This document shows, piece after piece, positions 1 through 9,096 of a stretch of DNA of 64,000 bases. Location: contig CAZTXT010000001.1 in the NCBI GenBank assembly GCA_964617735.1, positions 395,589 to 459,588 of the forward strand. Reading direction: 5' to 3'. The first letter of the stretch is position 1. Each line of letters opens with the position of its first letter. Under the pieces are notes generated by a model. That model had not been told where the DNA came from, ran no database searches, and saw only the letters and a list, made by a program, of their open reading frames with translations. The stretch is from an uncultured Candidatus Saccharibacteria bacterium. Its GTDB lineage: Bacteria > Patescibacteriota > Minisyncoccia > Phycocordibacterales > DSPV01. A program made the translations under genes and the position numbers.

Positions 1-116
1 CTGATCAGGAGAGAGACTGCCCTTAAGTTAGCAGAAAGCCGAGGATTTTCGTACGAACTCGACGTTTCGGCAGGTGCACACCACTGGGGATTAATCTTTA
101 AGAAAGCAATAACTCG

Positions 117-1412
117 ATGAGGAATATCAGTGTTTTCCAGCTTGTAGTTCTCGGGATCTTTTTCGTCGCTTTGCTCGTGGGTTTTCTGGTCGTTGCCATT
201 TATAGCTCCAATTCGAGTGCTACCCAGAACCAGCTCATTCGCGTGCAGATATGGGGGACGCTCGATGCTGGCGAGGTGAATGCGGCGATAAACAAGGTAG
301 GACACGGCACCACGGGGAATTTGAAGATTACCTATACGCAGATGCCCGAGAGTACGTTTGAAAACGATCTTCTCGAGGCTATCGCGACCGGTTCCGGTCC
401 TGACGTCGTGATCATTCGCGACGATACCGCGGCTTCAAGTCTTTCGAAGCTCACCCTCATTCCGTACGACTCTTTCCCCGCGCGTGATTTCAAAGACTCA
501 TTTGTCGAGGGTGGTGAGCTATTCTTGACCGGCAAAGGCATCGTTGGCATTCCCTTCGCGGTGGATCCCTTAGTGATGTACTGGAATCGCGATATGTTCG
601 CGCGCGCGGGACTTGCAAATCCTCCGAAGCTCTGGGACGAGGTCTTTTCATTGGCGCAAGAACTCACGCAAAAAGATTCATCGGGGGCCATTATGCAAAG
701 CGGCGTGGCGCTCGGTGCATACCAGAATGTGCTCAACGCTAAAGCGATCCTCTCGGCGCTTTTCCTGCAAAGCGGAAATACGATATCGGTATGGAGCGAT
801 CGGACCTCCTCGGTCAAGATCACCTTGCAGCAGGCTCCCGTTGCTCCCGCAAGCGTACTGTCTTTCTATACGCAGTTCTCCGATCCCCGCAAGAGCGTGT
901 TGTCCTGGAATCAAGCGCTTCCGGACTCCAAGAGCATGTTCCTCTCGAATCGCTTAGCCATCTATTTCGGCTTTGCATCCGAACTTGCTGATATTCGTCA
1001 AAAGAGCCCGAACCTCAATTTCGATGTTGCAGAGCTTCCGCAGTCGCGCGATGCCGCGTTTACGGGAACCTATGGACACCTCTACGGTCTTGGAGTTCTC
1101 AAGAGCGCGAAAGATGTGCCTGGCTCAATTACGGCGATAAAACTGCTCACCGCAGCTGACCCTATAAGAGTCGCTTCAGAGGCAGCAGGGTTGCCGCCGG
1201 TTAGAAAGGACGTGTCCATAAGTTCAGCAGACCCGTATCAGAAGCTGTTTGCCAATGCGGCTATTGTGACTCATGCGTGGCTTGATCCAGATCGAACAGT
1301 ATCCGACGCTGCATTTAAAGACATGGTGGAGTCGGTGATCTCGGGTTTCGTTGGCCCCGCCGAAGCTATCAGCAAAGCGGCACAGCAGCTCCAGTATGCC
1401 GCACCACGGTAA
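117..1412 (+). CDS. Extracellular solute-binding protein (ABC sugar-binding family 1-like), N-terminal membrane anchor
   Basis: 431 aa ORF; N-terminal hydrophobic helix; GSGPDV, IPFAVDPLVMYWNRDMF, PPKLWDE and FDVAELPQ motifs typical of SBP_bac_1/8. Confidence 0.8.
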   Translation: MRNISVFQLVVLGIFFVALLVGFLVVAIYSSNSSATQNQLIRVQIWGTLDAGEVNAAINKVGHGTTGNLKITYTQMPESTFENDLLEAIATGSGPDVVIIRDDTAASSLSKLTLIPYDSFPARDFKDSFVEGGELFLTGKGIVGIPFAVDPLVMYWNRDMFARAGLANPPKLWDEVFSLAQELTQKDSSGAIMQSGVALGAYQNVLNAKAILSALFLQSGNTISVWSDRTSSVKITLQQAPVAPASVLSFYTQFSDPRKSVLSWNQALPDSKSMFLSNRLAIYFGFASELADIRQKSPNLNFDVAELPQSRDAAFTGTYGHLYGLGVLKSAKDVPGSITAIKLLTAADPIRVASEAAGLPPVRKDVSISSADPYQKLFANAAIVTHAWLDPDRTVSDAAFKDMVESVISGFVGPAEAISKAAQQLQYAAPR

Positions 1413-1446
1413 TGAATGTATAAGCGTCCAATATCACCAGAAGAAT

Positions 1447-1905
1447 ATGCCTAAAAATATACAAAAAGGACTGCTCATACTCTTAGCACTGTTCCTGCTC
1501 TCGGCGCCTCTGCTCGGATTGGCAGCGTGGAACCCCGCTGCGTCACTGGTGCCGAGCTGCAACTCAACACTGGGGACCAGGGCAGACGGAAGTTACGGCT
1601 ACACGGATGAGTGCAACTGGGCGTACTTGCTCGCGCTTGCCAACAACATCCTGCAGTTCCTTGTTTTTCTCGCGGTTCCGATCGCGGCTATCTGTTTCGC
1701 GTATGCGGGCTGGCTCTATCTTTCCGCCATGGGGAATTCGGGCCAGATAAGCAGAGCGCACAGCATTTTTCTCAATGTATTCATCGGCCTGGTCATCGTG
1801 CTCGTCGCATGGCTCGTCGTCGACGAGCTATTCAAGGCTTTAGTTCAACCGGGCAGCTATGCGCCGGTTCTCATTGGTGGCGGTAGTAACACTCCGAGTC
1901 CTTAA
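1447..1905 (+). CDS. CPR-type pilin-like membrane protein (TrbC/VirB2-like)
   Basis: Signal peptide, Cys pair (VPSC...DECNW), two TM helices with YAGWLYLSAMGN...A..IF; ATG 1447 chosen over the upstream GTG/TTG start. Confidence 0.65.
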   Translation: MPKNIQKGLLILLALFLLSAPLLGLAAWNPAASLVPSCNSTLGTRADGSYGYTDECNWAYLLALANNILQFLVFLAVPIAAICFAYAGWLYLSAMGNSGQISRAHSIFLNVFIGLVIVLVAWLVVDELFKALVQPGSYAPVLIGGGSNTPSP

Positions 1906-2134
1906 GCTCCTCTGGCCTTAAAGGACGTTGACCTTTTTGTGTCCCTTTTTCCGTTTTTTTAGATATCCACACCTCTATTGATTAATCCTAAGTTCATGAT
2001 ACTCTTGAATACGAAAGCTTAAAGGGTTTTCAAGGGTCGCTTGTTCGGCAAAAGGCACAAACGGTCAATATTTGTAGCCTTATGTCGGACGAGGGATAAC
2101 CCTCATTACTAGTTATTAGCATTAATTTTTGTCA

Positions 2135-2488
2135 ATGAAAAAATATATCGCAACAAGCATCGTTTCATTGCTTCCGGGAGTTGCGCTGGCGCAGGGCAAT
2201 CAGATCCAGGTAACTGACCTGTCGTCACTCCTTCAGGGCATCGTGACGATCTTGAACTTGATTTTCCCGGTTTTGGTTTCGATCGCGGTCTTCTTCATCG
2301 TCGTGGGTATCTTCCGCTTCGTGTTGAATGCAGGTGACGAAGAGGCACGCAAGAGCGGCCGCAGTTTCATCCTCTGGGGTGTTGTCGGCGTGTTCTTGAT
2401 GCTCTCTGTCTGGGGCTTGATCAACATTGTGCTCAACACCTTTGGGTTCGCGAAGCCGAACATCACGAACGTAACATTCGGAACATAA
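2135..2488 (+). CDS. CPR-type pilin (TrbC/VirB2-like)
   Basis: MKK...ALA signal; GIFRFVLNAGDEEARKSGRSFILWGVVGVFLMLSVWGL motif. Confidence 0.75.
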   Translation: MKKYIATSIVSLLPGVALAQGNQIQVTDLSSLLQGIVTILNLIFPVLVSIAVFFIVVGIFRFVLNAGDEEARKSGRSFILWGVVGVFLMLSVWGLINIVLNTFGFAKPNITNVTFGT

Positions 2489-2514
2489 GATAAGCCAGGG
2501 TTAGCTGCTATTCT

Positions 2515-2751
2515 GTGCCGGAGAAGATCATTTCCAACATCATCAATCCACTGTTCGGCCTTCTGATAGGGATTGCCATCGTGGTCTTCTTCTGGGGCGC
2601 AGTAGAGTTCGTCTCGGGCGCTGATGATCCGGCGAAACGTGACGATGGGAGGCGGCACTTATTATGGGGCATTGTCGGACTATCGATAATCTTCGGAGTC
2701 TACGGGATAATGAACTTCATACAAGGTACGCTCCTCCAGCTATTCGGGTAA
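2515..2751 (+). CDS. Pilin-like small membrane protein
   Basis: IINPL...FFWGAVEFV...GRRHLLWGIVGL..IFGVYGI; paralogous to the preceding pilin; GTG start uncertain. Confidence 0.65.
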   Translation: MPEKIISNIINPLFGLLIGIAIVVFFWGAVEFVSGADDPAKRDDGRRHLLWGIVGLSIIFGVYGIMNFIQGTLLQLFG

Positions 2752-2756
2752 ACAAC

Positions 2757-2792
2757 AAAAAACTGCCGCTCGTTTTACGAGCGGCAGTTTTG
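2757..2792. terminator. Bidirectional intrinsic terminator
   Basis: AAAACTGCCGCTCGT-TTT-ACGAGCGGCAGTTTT between convergent genes. Confidence 0.75.
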
Positions 2793-2846
2793 TTTATAGC
2801 AAAAACGGCTTCAGTCTTTGACTGAAGCCGTAGCGTTTTTTTGTTC

Positions 2847-3893
2847 CTAGAGGCGCTCTTGCGTCGCCACCAAGGACATACTGATTTCTCGTTCTTGGGT
2901 TCCGTCCCAGTAGAAGACGGAACCATTGAATTTCCCTGCCGCAACGGGATGCATTTCCCAGCGTCCGGAGCGGCCAGTGGACGTTTCGTACCAGCGTCCG
3001 CAATTGGGAGAGATGTCGCGATCCCACTCGAATGTGGTGGTGACCGGCGCGCCGAGGCGGTTGAGCGTGGTTCGCTTGATTTGAATGAAGCGACCATTGT
3101 TTTCCCACCGGGTCACGGCGACTCTGCGGGTCTCTTTGTCATCAAACCCGTAGGGCCTAAAGGTCTCTTCGCTGACGCGCTGCATGGTCATAAGCCACAG
3201 TCGTTCAGTCGGTGGAATGACCGGCGCCTGCGCTCGCGTGACGGCGTTCGGGCGGTCTACCCGCTTGAGCTCCAGAATGCCGAGGCTCGTGAAGCTGTAG
3301 ATCACGACCAACGCCATCACCTTTACCCACTTCGGAGCGGCGGCAACCGCTATTCCGAATGCGAAGATGATGAGGGCGAAATAGCCCATTTTGACAGTCA
3401 GCATGCTTTCCGTCGGGATGTTGTTCACATCTCCGTACCAGTAGATGCAGGTCAATGCGAGTCCCGTGACCACTAAGGCGACCCCGGAGTGCCGGAAGAA
3501 GATTTTCATCTTCTCCCACTCCACACCGCCGGTTGTTCTTCCGATGAAGGCCATTATCTTTCCCCATATCGTTACTGGGGTAGGGAGCCCTTCTATTCTT
3601 TTCTTACGTGTTTTCTTTCTCCCTGCTAGGAATTTTACGATGAGAACTAGCACTACAATGGCTGCCCCAAAGAGGAGAGCAACTTTCATCCCAGTGTTAG
3701 TATAAGGATTCAGAGGTGCCGAATGAGGAACTGGAGTGGTTTGATTCTGAACTGCGGCTACTGTGGGTGCCGCCGGATTCCCGTTGGGGGATATTAGGTG
3801 TCCGAGGCCCCAAGATAGAGCGGTAATGAGAGCGCACCCCCCAAATATTATAAGAATGGGGGCGTGATTTCTAAGTAGTAGTCGTATTTTCAT
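2847..3893 (-). CDS. Hypothetical multi-pass membrane protein
   Basis: Long ORF with several TM segments; TTGACA/TGCTAAT promoter and AGAAAGGA SD upstream. Confidence 0.6.
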   Translation of the reverse strand: MKIRLLLRNHAPILIIFGGCALITALSWGLGHLISPNGNPAAPTVAAVQNQTTPVPHSAPLNPYTNTGMKVALLFGAAIVVLVLIVKFLAGRKKTRKKRIEGLPTPVTIWGKIMAFIGRTTGGVEWEKMKIFFRHSGVALVVTGLALTCIYWYGDVNNIPTESMLTVKMGYFALIIFAFGIAVAAAPKWVKVMALVVIYSFTSLGILELKRVDRPNAVTRAQAPVIPPTERLWLMTMQRVSEETFRPYGFDDKETRRVAVTRWENNGRFIQIKRTTLNRLGAPVTTTFEWDRDISPNCGRWYETSTGRSGRWEMHPVAAGKFNGSVFYWDGTQEREISMSLVATQERL

Positions 3894-3953
3894 AGATTGC
3901 AAAGTCCTTTCTGGGGCTAGATTAGCATATATATATTATCTTGTCAAGAAAAA

Positions 3954-3977
3954 GCCGCCCTGATTTATCAGGGCGGC
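3954..3977 (-). terminator. Intrinsic terminator
   Basis: GCCGCCCTGA/TCAGGGCGGC stem followed by a U-tract on the minus strand, after the 3995..5344 gene. Confidence 0.7.
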
Positions 3978-3994
3978 GTGACATTCAACCGCCA

Positions 3995-5344
3995 CTAAGG
4001 ACTCTTTGAGGGAACGTTGATGTTGACTCCAGTTTTGGCGTCGCTCTCGACGAGCGTGCTTAGTGCTGGTGTTGCCGTTCGCTGATCGACTTTGAGTCGC
4101 TGAACGATGATATCAACATTACCTTTTGCTCCTTCGACGATTTGTTCTACTTTGGCTCTGTCGCCTTCGGCCTCGATCTTTCGAGCCTCTCGCTCGCCTT
4201 CAGCCCTGATTATCCGAGCCTCCTTCTGTTTATGGGCGAGAGCGACCTCTGCCTCACCGGCTTTTTGGCTGGCAACGATAGACGCGTCACCCTTACGGGC
4301 AGCGAGTTCTCGTTGTTGAGACGCTTCATGGATCGCTTGATCTTTTTCAGATAGTTGATAACTCTCGATCCAGCCTTGGGTGATCATCACCCCATAGGCT
4401 TCGATGAGGCCCTGTTCCTTTTCTTTGGAGCCAATCGCATTGAGCTGACTCAATGCGGCCTGGAAGAACGTGGACGAAGGGTCGGTCTTCTCGTAACGCA
4501 AGAGCTGAGCATAGGTTCGATTCCGTGCCCAGCCGACGATACGGGCAGCAATGATCGATTCGATCGTTCGATAGAAGCGATGCTTCCAGATGAACCCAGG
4601 CAGGCGAGGCACGACAAACTGCAGTGTTACGCTTGCCAAGAAGTGGCAGCGTGAGCCATCTCTCAGTTCGACGTTCTCGACCGTGACGGGTCTCTGCGAT
4701 TTCCAAATGAAGAATTCGACATCTTCAGGGTCATCAGTCTGGACCCATTCGAGGATCGATTTGCCCCGGCGTTCTTTTTCTTCCTTGATGCGGGACTTAA
4801 CGATCTCGAAGCTCCCGATCCTCTGCGCTCCGAAGAGACTGATCCATTTGTATTTAATCTGCTCTATTCCTCGATACAGACCGAGATTTCTGAATAGCCA
4901 AAGGATCACTCTCTCCCATCTTGACCGATCAACCATCGGATCGGGAGCTTCTTCTATGATTTTGATCTCAGGCGGAGGCGGGTAAGGTATCACCGCCTCT
5001 TCCAATTCTATGGTGTGATCTTGGACTGTAGATAATTGGAAGAGTTTCGTATCAGGATTGCTTTTGTGTACTTCTTCCAATATTTTCAGGTCGGTTTCAG
5101 GAACTTCAATCCAGTACGGGATTTTCATAGTGCACTTTTTGACCTTTCGATACCCCGGAATGTTGACCAGAGTGTCGACATAGTCTGCTACGCGGCCATC
5201 CTCATCGCTTCCCGAACCGATCATCTCCAGGGTTCCCATTTGGAGAAATGTAGAGAAGATTTTGTTCTTGGCAGCGAAGTAAAGCACGGCCACAAGCCCA
5301 TACAGAAGGGCGACTACGTATACCATGGCAAGAATAACGATCAT
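3995..5344 (-). CDS. Membrane-anchored SPFH/band-7-like protein
   Basis: N-terminal TM; YGVMI segment and C-terminal AEGEREARKIEAEG coiled-coil repeats typical of SPFH proteins. Confidence 0.55.
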   Translation of the reverse strand: MIVILAMVYVVALLYGLVAVLYFAAKNKIFSTFLQMGTLEMIGSGSDEDGRVADYVDTLVNIPGYRKVKKCTMKIPYWIEVPETDLKILEEVHKSNPDTKLFQLSTVQDHTIELEEAVIPYPPPPEIKIIEEAPDPMVDRSRWERVILWLFRNLGLYRGIEQIKYKWISLFGAQRIGSFEIVKSRIKEEKERRGKSILEWVQTDDPEDVEFFIWKSQRPVTVENVELRDGSRCHFLASVTLQFVVPRLPGFIWKHRFYRTIESIIAARIVGWARNRTYAQLLRYEKTDPSSTFFQAALSQLNAIGSKEKEQGLIEAYGVMITQGWIESYQLSEKDQAIHEASQQRELAARKGDASIVASQKAGEAEVALAHKQKEARIIRAEGEREARKIEAEGDRAKVEQIVEGAKGNVDIIVQRLKVDQRTATPALSTLVESDAKTGVNINVPSKSP

Positions 5345-5629
5345 TTTTCATTCCTTTGGTTGTGCCTGTGTGCTAGCGAAAAGCCAGAACTCAAGCGGGT
5401 TTATGTTGAACGTCAACGTTCAAATCTGGGAAGAACACTACCATCTTTGCATAAATAAGTCAAGCTTCGGGGTCGTACCCGGCATTTGAGGTTTTAGTTG
5501 TGGATGAACAGTTTGGCTTTCCGAACTAGGGAAGTGGAGAAGTGAAATAAGTTTGAGTATTAAAAATTTAGAAATGATTTTGGTGTAAAAGCAAAACCCG
5601 CGCGATGCACGGGTATGCTTATCGGCGGG

Positions 5630-6001
5630 TCATTGTTTTGATAACTCAAATAGAGAGAACATTATCCTGTTTGAGAAAGTGTGCCAGAAATGTCTTTTTC
5701 GTACGTCTCTTAGTGCACTTTTAAGTGCAACCTGGAGGGCTTCTGCACTCTCATATGAAAGAGCGATAGTTGTTGAACGTTTTGCTCCACGACGTTTTAT
5801 CTCCTCGTGAGAGATTTGAATGAGTTTTCCATTCACAACATCACTGGACTCAATCTTGCGTTCAAATCTTACAACCAAGTTATTGAGTTCCAGGCAACTG
5901 TCTGAAACAATTACTGAAACTGCACGACCTGACCCGAGACGTTTCCGATATACCATTGGTATACGGAGTGGTTCTGTAAGTAATCTGAAGTATTTAAACA
6001 T
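5630..6001 (-). CDS. Hypothetical protein (AT-rich)
   Basis: ORF with AAAAGGAG SD, downstream of tRNA-Leu(TAG). Confidence 0.5.
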   Translation of the reverse strand: MFKYFRLLTEPLRIPMVYRKRLGSGRAVSVIVSDSCLELNNLVVRFERKIESSDVVNGKLIQISHEEIKRRGAKRSTTIALSYESAEALQVALKSALRDVRKRHFWHTFSNRIMFSLFELSKQ

Positions 6002-6082
6002 AGGCATCTCCTTTTCTAGGAAGAATATTGCACTAATTATTTTTAATTAGCAATAAAGTTCGGAAAGTTTCTTTTGGTACAA

Positions 6083-6111
6083 AAAATAACCTTGCAAAAT
6101 AAGGTTATTTT
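6083..6111 (-). terminator. Terminator after tRNA-Leu(TAG)
   Basis: AAAATAACCTT / AAGGTTATTTT inverted repeat. Confidence 0.55.
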
Positions 6112-6117
6112 CAGCTG

Positions 6118-6198
6118 TGGGCGGGGAGAGACTTGAACTCTCACGGATTGCTCCACTAGCTCCTAAGGCTAGCGCGTCTGCCATTTCGCCACCCGCCC
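6118..6198 (-). tRNA. tRNA-Leu(TAG)
   Basis: GGGCGGG acceptor, GCTAGC-CTTAGGA-GCTAGT anticodon arm, long variable arm, GTTCAAGT T-loop. Confidence 0.95.
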
Positions 6199-6257
6199 GA
6201 TAGTTAGACCATACCACGCGCCGTGCGGCCATTCAAATTTTCCGGTAGAATTTCCGT

Positions 6258-7325
6258 ATGGAACAAAGCGGAAAAGTCCGCTGGTGGAAGCGAGTGCGCA
6301 TCGAAGAATGGCTCGCTGTTTTTCTTTTTATTACGGTCATGCTCATCAATCTCTTGGGCTACAACGATTTCTCCTGGAAAGACACGACCCTATCGATGCT
6401 CCGCTATTTCACCTTCGGCAACTCGTTCTATGTAATTTTCTCACTCTGTTTATATATCGTTTTTTTCTTCTGGGGGTTCAGACAGTTCTCTCAAGATATT
6501 CTGGGCGTTATATTCGACCGTGAGCCGTTCCAGAAAAAGATTTTGATCGATCTGGGCAAGGCGCTTGTTGAGCCGGTGCGCATCCTCGCTCCCATAGTGC
6601 TCATCTCGGTATCTTTTTTCGAACTGCTTAGTAATTTCGACGTGACACTTCAGCAGAGAACGCAGGACCTGTTGTTCTATCATGCCGATAAGCTGCTATT
6701 CGGCGCGTCTCCATTCATCACGTTGCCGACAATGCTTCATCAGCCATTCTTCGTTCTCTTGTTCGGGTATTTGTATACCTCTCTTGCACCCGTGATGAGC
6801 GTGCTGCTCTTCTACCTCTTTGTGCGGTCGCGGGAGCGGCTCTTTCGGCTCAACCTCATCGCATATATCTTGACGCTCGTGCTCGCGTTCCCGATCTATT
6901 ATGTGTTGCCCTGCAAAGATCCGAGCAACGCGTTCATTTTCCGTCCCGCTGGAGAGCTCCCGAGCGATGTTCGATCAGAGTTGGCAGGGTATCATCCCTC
7001 ACCAGAGACGATGTCGTTGCTCTTGAGGATCCATAACGCCGAATTCAATGAGAAGGATCAATCTGTACCCGTATCGTGTTTCCCGAGTATGCATGCGGCT
7101 TGGTCGTTCGCGACTGTTTTCTTTCTCGCGCTCATCCATCCCTGGACGCTTTTATTTTCGATACCGTGGATACTCCTGGTACTTTCGGGAGGAGTCTATT
7201 TCGGTCAACATTATGTGGTTGACTATCTCGTTGCGATACCGGTGATCGTGATAAGCATCCTCGGAGCGTATGGGTTCGCAGCGCTTGAGAAGAAGTGGAA
7301 TTCCACCAAAGGGTCTGCGCAGTAG
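6258..7325 (+). CDS. PAP2-superfamily membrane phosphotransferase/phosphatase (PAP2_3, Aur1/IPC-synthase-like)
   Basis: Multi-TM protein with CFPSMHAAWS and GQHYVVDY catalytic motifs. Confidence 0.75.
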   Translation: MEQSGKVRWWKRVRIEEWLAVFLFITVMLINLLGYNDFSWKDTTLSMLRYFTFGNSFYVIFSLCLYIVFFFWGFRQFSQDILGVIFDREPFQKKILIDLGKALVEPVRILAPIVLISVSFFELLSNFDVTLQQRTQDLLFYHADKLLFGASPFITLPTMLHQPFFVLLFGYLYTSLAPVMSVLLFYLFVRSRERLFRLNLIAYILTLVLAFPIYYVLPCKDPSNAFIFRPAGELPSDVRSELAGYHPSPETMSLLLRIHNAEFNEKDQSVPVSCFPSMHAAWSFATVFFLALIHPWTLLFSIPWILLVLSGGVYFGQHYVVDYLVAIPVIVISILGAYGFAALEKKWNSTKGSAQ

Positions 7326-7465
7326 GATTAACGGTCGCTACTCGACCAGTACAGGTTTCCCATTTTCTCGCGATAAGCCGCTCGAAAATAGGGGAGAACC
7401 TTTTCGAATCCTACACTGAAGCACTCAAGTGCTTCCTTGGGCGGAATACTCCGCAGGCTTCGTAT
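7314..7465 (-). ncRNA. Structured 3' trailer of tRNA-Lys (anti-T-arm, hairpins, 3'-end copy)
   Basis: Antisense T-arm 7403-7414, hairpins 7353-7401 and 7333-7347, direct copy of tRNA 3' segment 7320-7329. Confidence 0.6.
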
Positions 7466-7538
7466 TCCGCCCAGTAGGATTCGAACCTACGACCCTTCGC
7501 TTAAGAGGCGATTGCTCTACCAACTGAGCTATGGGCGG
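7466..7538 (-). tRNA. tRNA-Lys(CTT)
   Basis: CCGCCCA/TGGGCGG acceptor (C1:G72), GCTC-AGTTGGTA-GAGC D-arm, CTCTTAA anticodon loop, GTAGG-TTCGAAT-CCTAC T-arm. Confidence 0.93.
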
Positions 7539-7629
7539 GATTGTATGCACGCAGTTCGTCCTTCACGGCGCGCTCGATTATCGCTATGCAGAAAAACAGT
7601 AACAGATTTTTCTGACCGCCGCAATGAGA

Positions 7630-7654
7630 AAGCCTCCGCAGTCTGCGGAGGCTT
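7630..7654 (-). terminator. Intrinsic terminator
   Basis: AAGCCTCCGCA-GTC-TGCGGAGGCTT after the 7668..8264 gene. Confidence 0.65.
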
Positions 7655-7667
7655 ACGAAGTCACTGG

Positions 7668-8264
7668 TCAGTCCCAAACACCGACACAGTAGCATTCATT
7701 TTCTAGCAAAACCCAGAGCAGGGGATCAGTGTCGAGGTACTCAACCTCGAGGATTGCCTGCGGCTCCCGAGCCTTGATCTCTTGGGCGATCGCCGCGATG
7801 TCTTCGGGTATTTCATAGCGGCTTTTATAGAGGTAATAAGGCATCAGAGTCCAACCAAAGGTAGGGCTCTGCATGAGTCTCGAGAATTCCCGCCTGATAT
7901 ATACGTGACGGCAATATCTCTCGAGGGAGAAGAATCCCAGTGCGCTCCCGATCATCGTGCACAGCGAAGCGAGAGGGCCTATTTGAGTCACCAGGACGAA
8001 GCTGTACGCGATTGGTATGAGCATCAATACAGTGAACAGCTCGCGGTAGGTGGTGTACTGGTAATGCTGTTCGGCGCGTTTGCGAAGCAGAGATTCTTTT
8101 TGATGTTGCTTATGGGCTTCGGTGCTTTCTTTATTGTAACAGGGGATGCCGGCGATATGCAGGAGATGCGCAAGCGGCTTTCGTTTAGCTTGCCGTATGC
8201 GGTTGCGGCGCGTGTTAATGCGATTGGGTAGTGTGAGCGGGCATTCTAGTACGAGTGTATTCAT
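7668..8264 (-). CDS. Hypothetical protein with two TM helices
   Basis: 198 aa ORF with GGAGG SD and a downstream terminator. Confidence 0.6.
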   Translation of the reverse strand: MNTLVLECPLTLPNRINTRRNRIRQAKRKPLAHLLHIAGIPCYNKESTEAHKQHQKESLLRKRAEQHYQYTTYRELFTVLMLIPIAYSFVLVTQIGPLASLCTMIGSALGFFSLERYCRHVYIRREFSRLMQSPTFGWTLMPYYLYKSRYEIPEDIAAIAQEIKAREPQAILEVEYLDTDPLLWVLLENECYCVGVWD

Positions 8265-8385
8265 AAGAGGCCTCCGGTGTTTTGGTTTTTGTTTAGGAAC
8301 AGAACCAGCACGTGCTGGAATCTCAAACCATCATAGCTAAGGTTGTGCGGCCGTCAATATGCTCTGTGGGCTGTCTCTCGTTCGC

Positions 8386-8399
8386 TTTTGCCCGGGGTG
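8386..8399 (-). repeat. 14-bp direct repeat of the 3' end of the outer tRNA shell (att-like)
   Basis: TTTTGCCCGGGGTG at 8386-8399 is identical to 10123-10136. Confidence 0.6.
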
Positions 8400-8420
8400 A
8401 TGGTCACCGGTAAAGAAAAA

Positions 8421-8448
8421 GGGTTTGCTACTTTGTGGTAGCAAACCC
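8421..8448 (-). terminator. Terminator of pyrF-pyrE
   Basis: GGGTTTGCTAC/GTAGCAAACCC stem with U-tract on the minus strand. Confidence 0.7.
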
Positions 8449-8466
8449 GTGGAATCTATTCCCGAT

Positions 8467-9096
8467 TCAGAGCTTTCGCGCGAGGAACGCGCGTCCCTTG
8501 CCAACATCTGTGTTGATCGGCATGTTCTGTATGCAGAGCGGACAGTCCGCTTCGTCCCACGCATCGAGTGCCACGGAGACGAGTGCTGTAAGTTTTGGAA
8601 CCCCGCAGTCTTCCGGCGTGATTTTTCCGCGGTTGCAGAGAACACCGAGGCCGACGATATTGCCACCGATAGCTCGCGTGACTTCGATCACTTTCTTGGC
8701 CGAGCCACCGGTGGTGAGTATATCTTCCACCACGAGAACGTTCTTGCCCGCGATGAGCTTATCGTAGCCGCGCTTGATGACGAAGGTATCGGTGCTTTCG
8801 GCTTTCTCGGCGTAGACTCCGAATACTTCGTGTCCATTCATCTCGGAGAGATGATGCGCCGTCCATTGCGATAGGATCACGCCGCCGATTGCCGGAGCGA
8901 TGACCACCTCGACAGGCTCGTCCGCGAACCGCTCGGCGATGGCTCGGCAGAGGCGCGACGTCTGTGCAGTGTGCGGATAGATTGCGTCTTTGTTGACGTA
9001 TGCACTGCCGTGCAAGCCAGACGTATAGACTATATGGCTGCCCGTGATGACTGCGCCGACTTTGCCGAGGACTTCCAGGACTTCTTGCTCGTTCAT
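8467..9096 (-). CDS. pyrE: Orotate phosphoribosyltransferase
   Basis: TSGLHGSAY, APAIGG and VLVVEDILTTGGS PRPP-binding motif; ATG overlaps the pyrF stop. Confidence 0.9.
   Translation of the reverse strand: MNEQEVLEVLGKVGAVITGSHIVYTSGLHGSAYVNKDAIYPHTAQTSRLCRAIAERFADEPVEVVIAPAIGGVILSQWTAHHLSEMNGHEVFGVYAEKAESTDTFVIKRGYDKLIAGKNVLVVEDILTTGGSAKKVIEVTRAIGGNIVGLGVLCNRGKITPEDCGVPKLTALVSVALDAWDEADCPLCIQNMPINTDVGKGRAFLARKL

Noticed and set aside
2040-2110. c-di-GMP (GEMM) riboswitch upstream of the pilin
   Set aside because: No GGCAAA-stem-GAAA / ACGCAAA architecture could be built.
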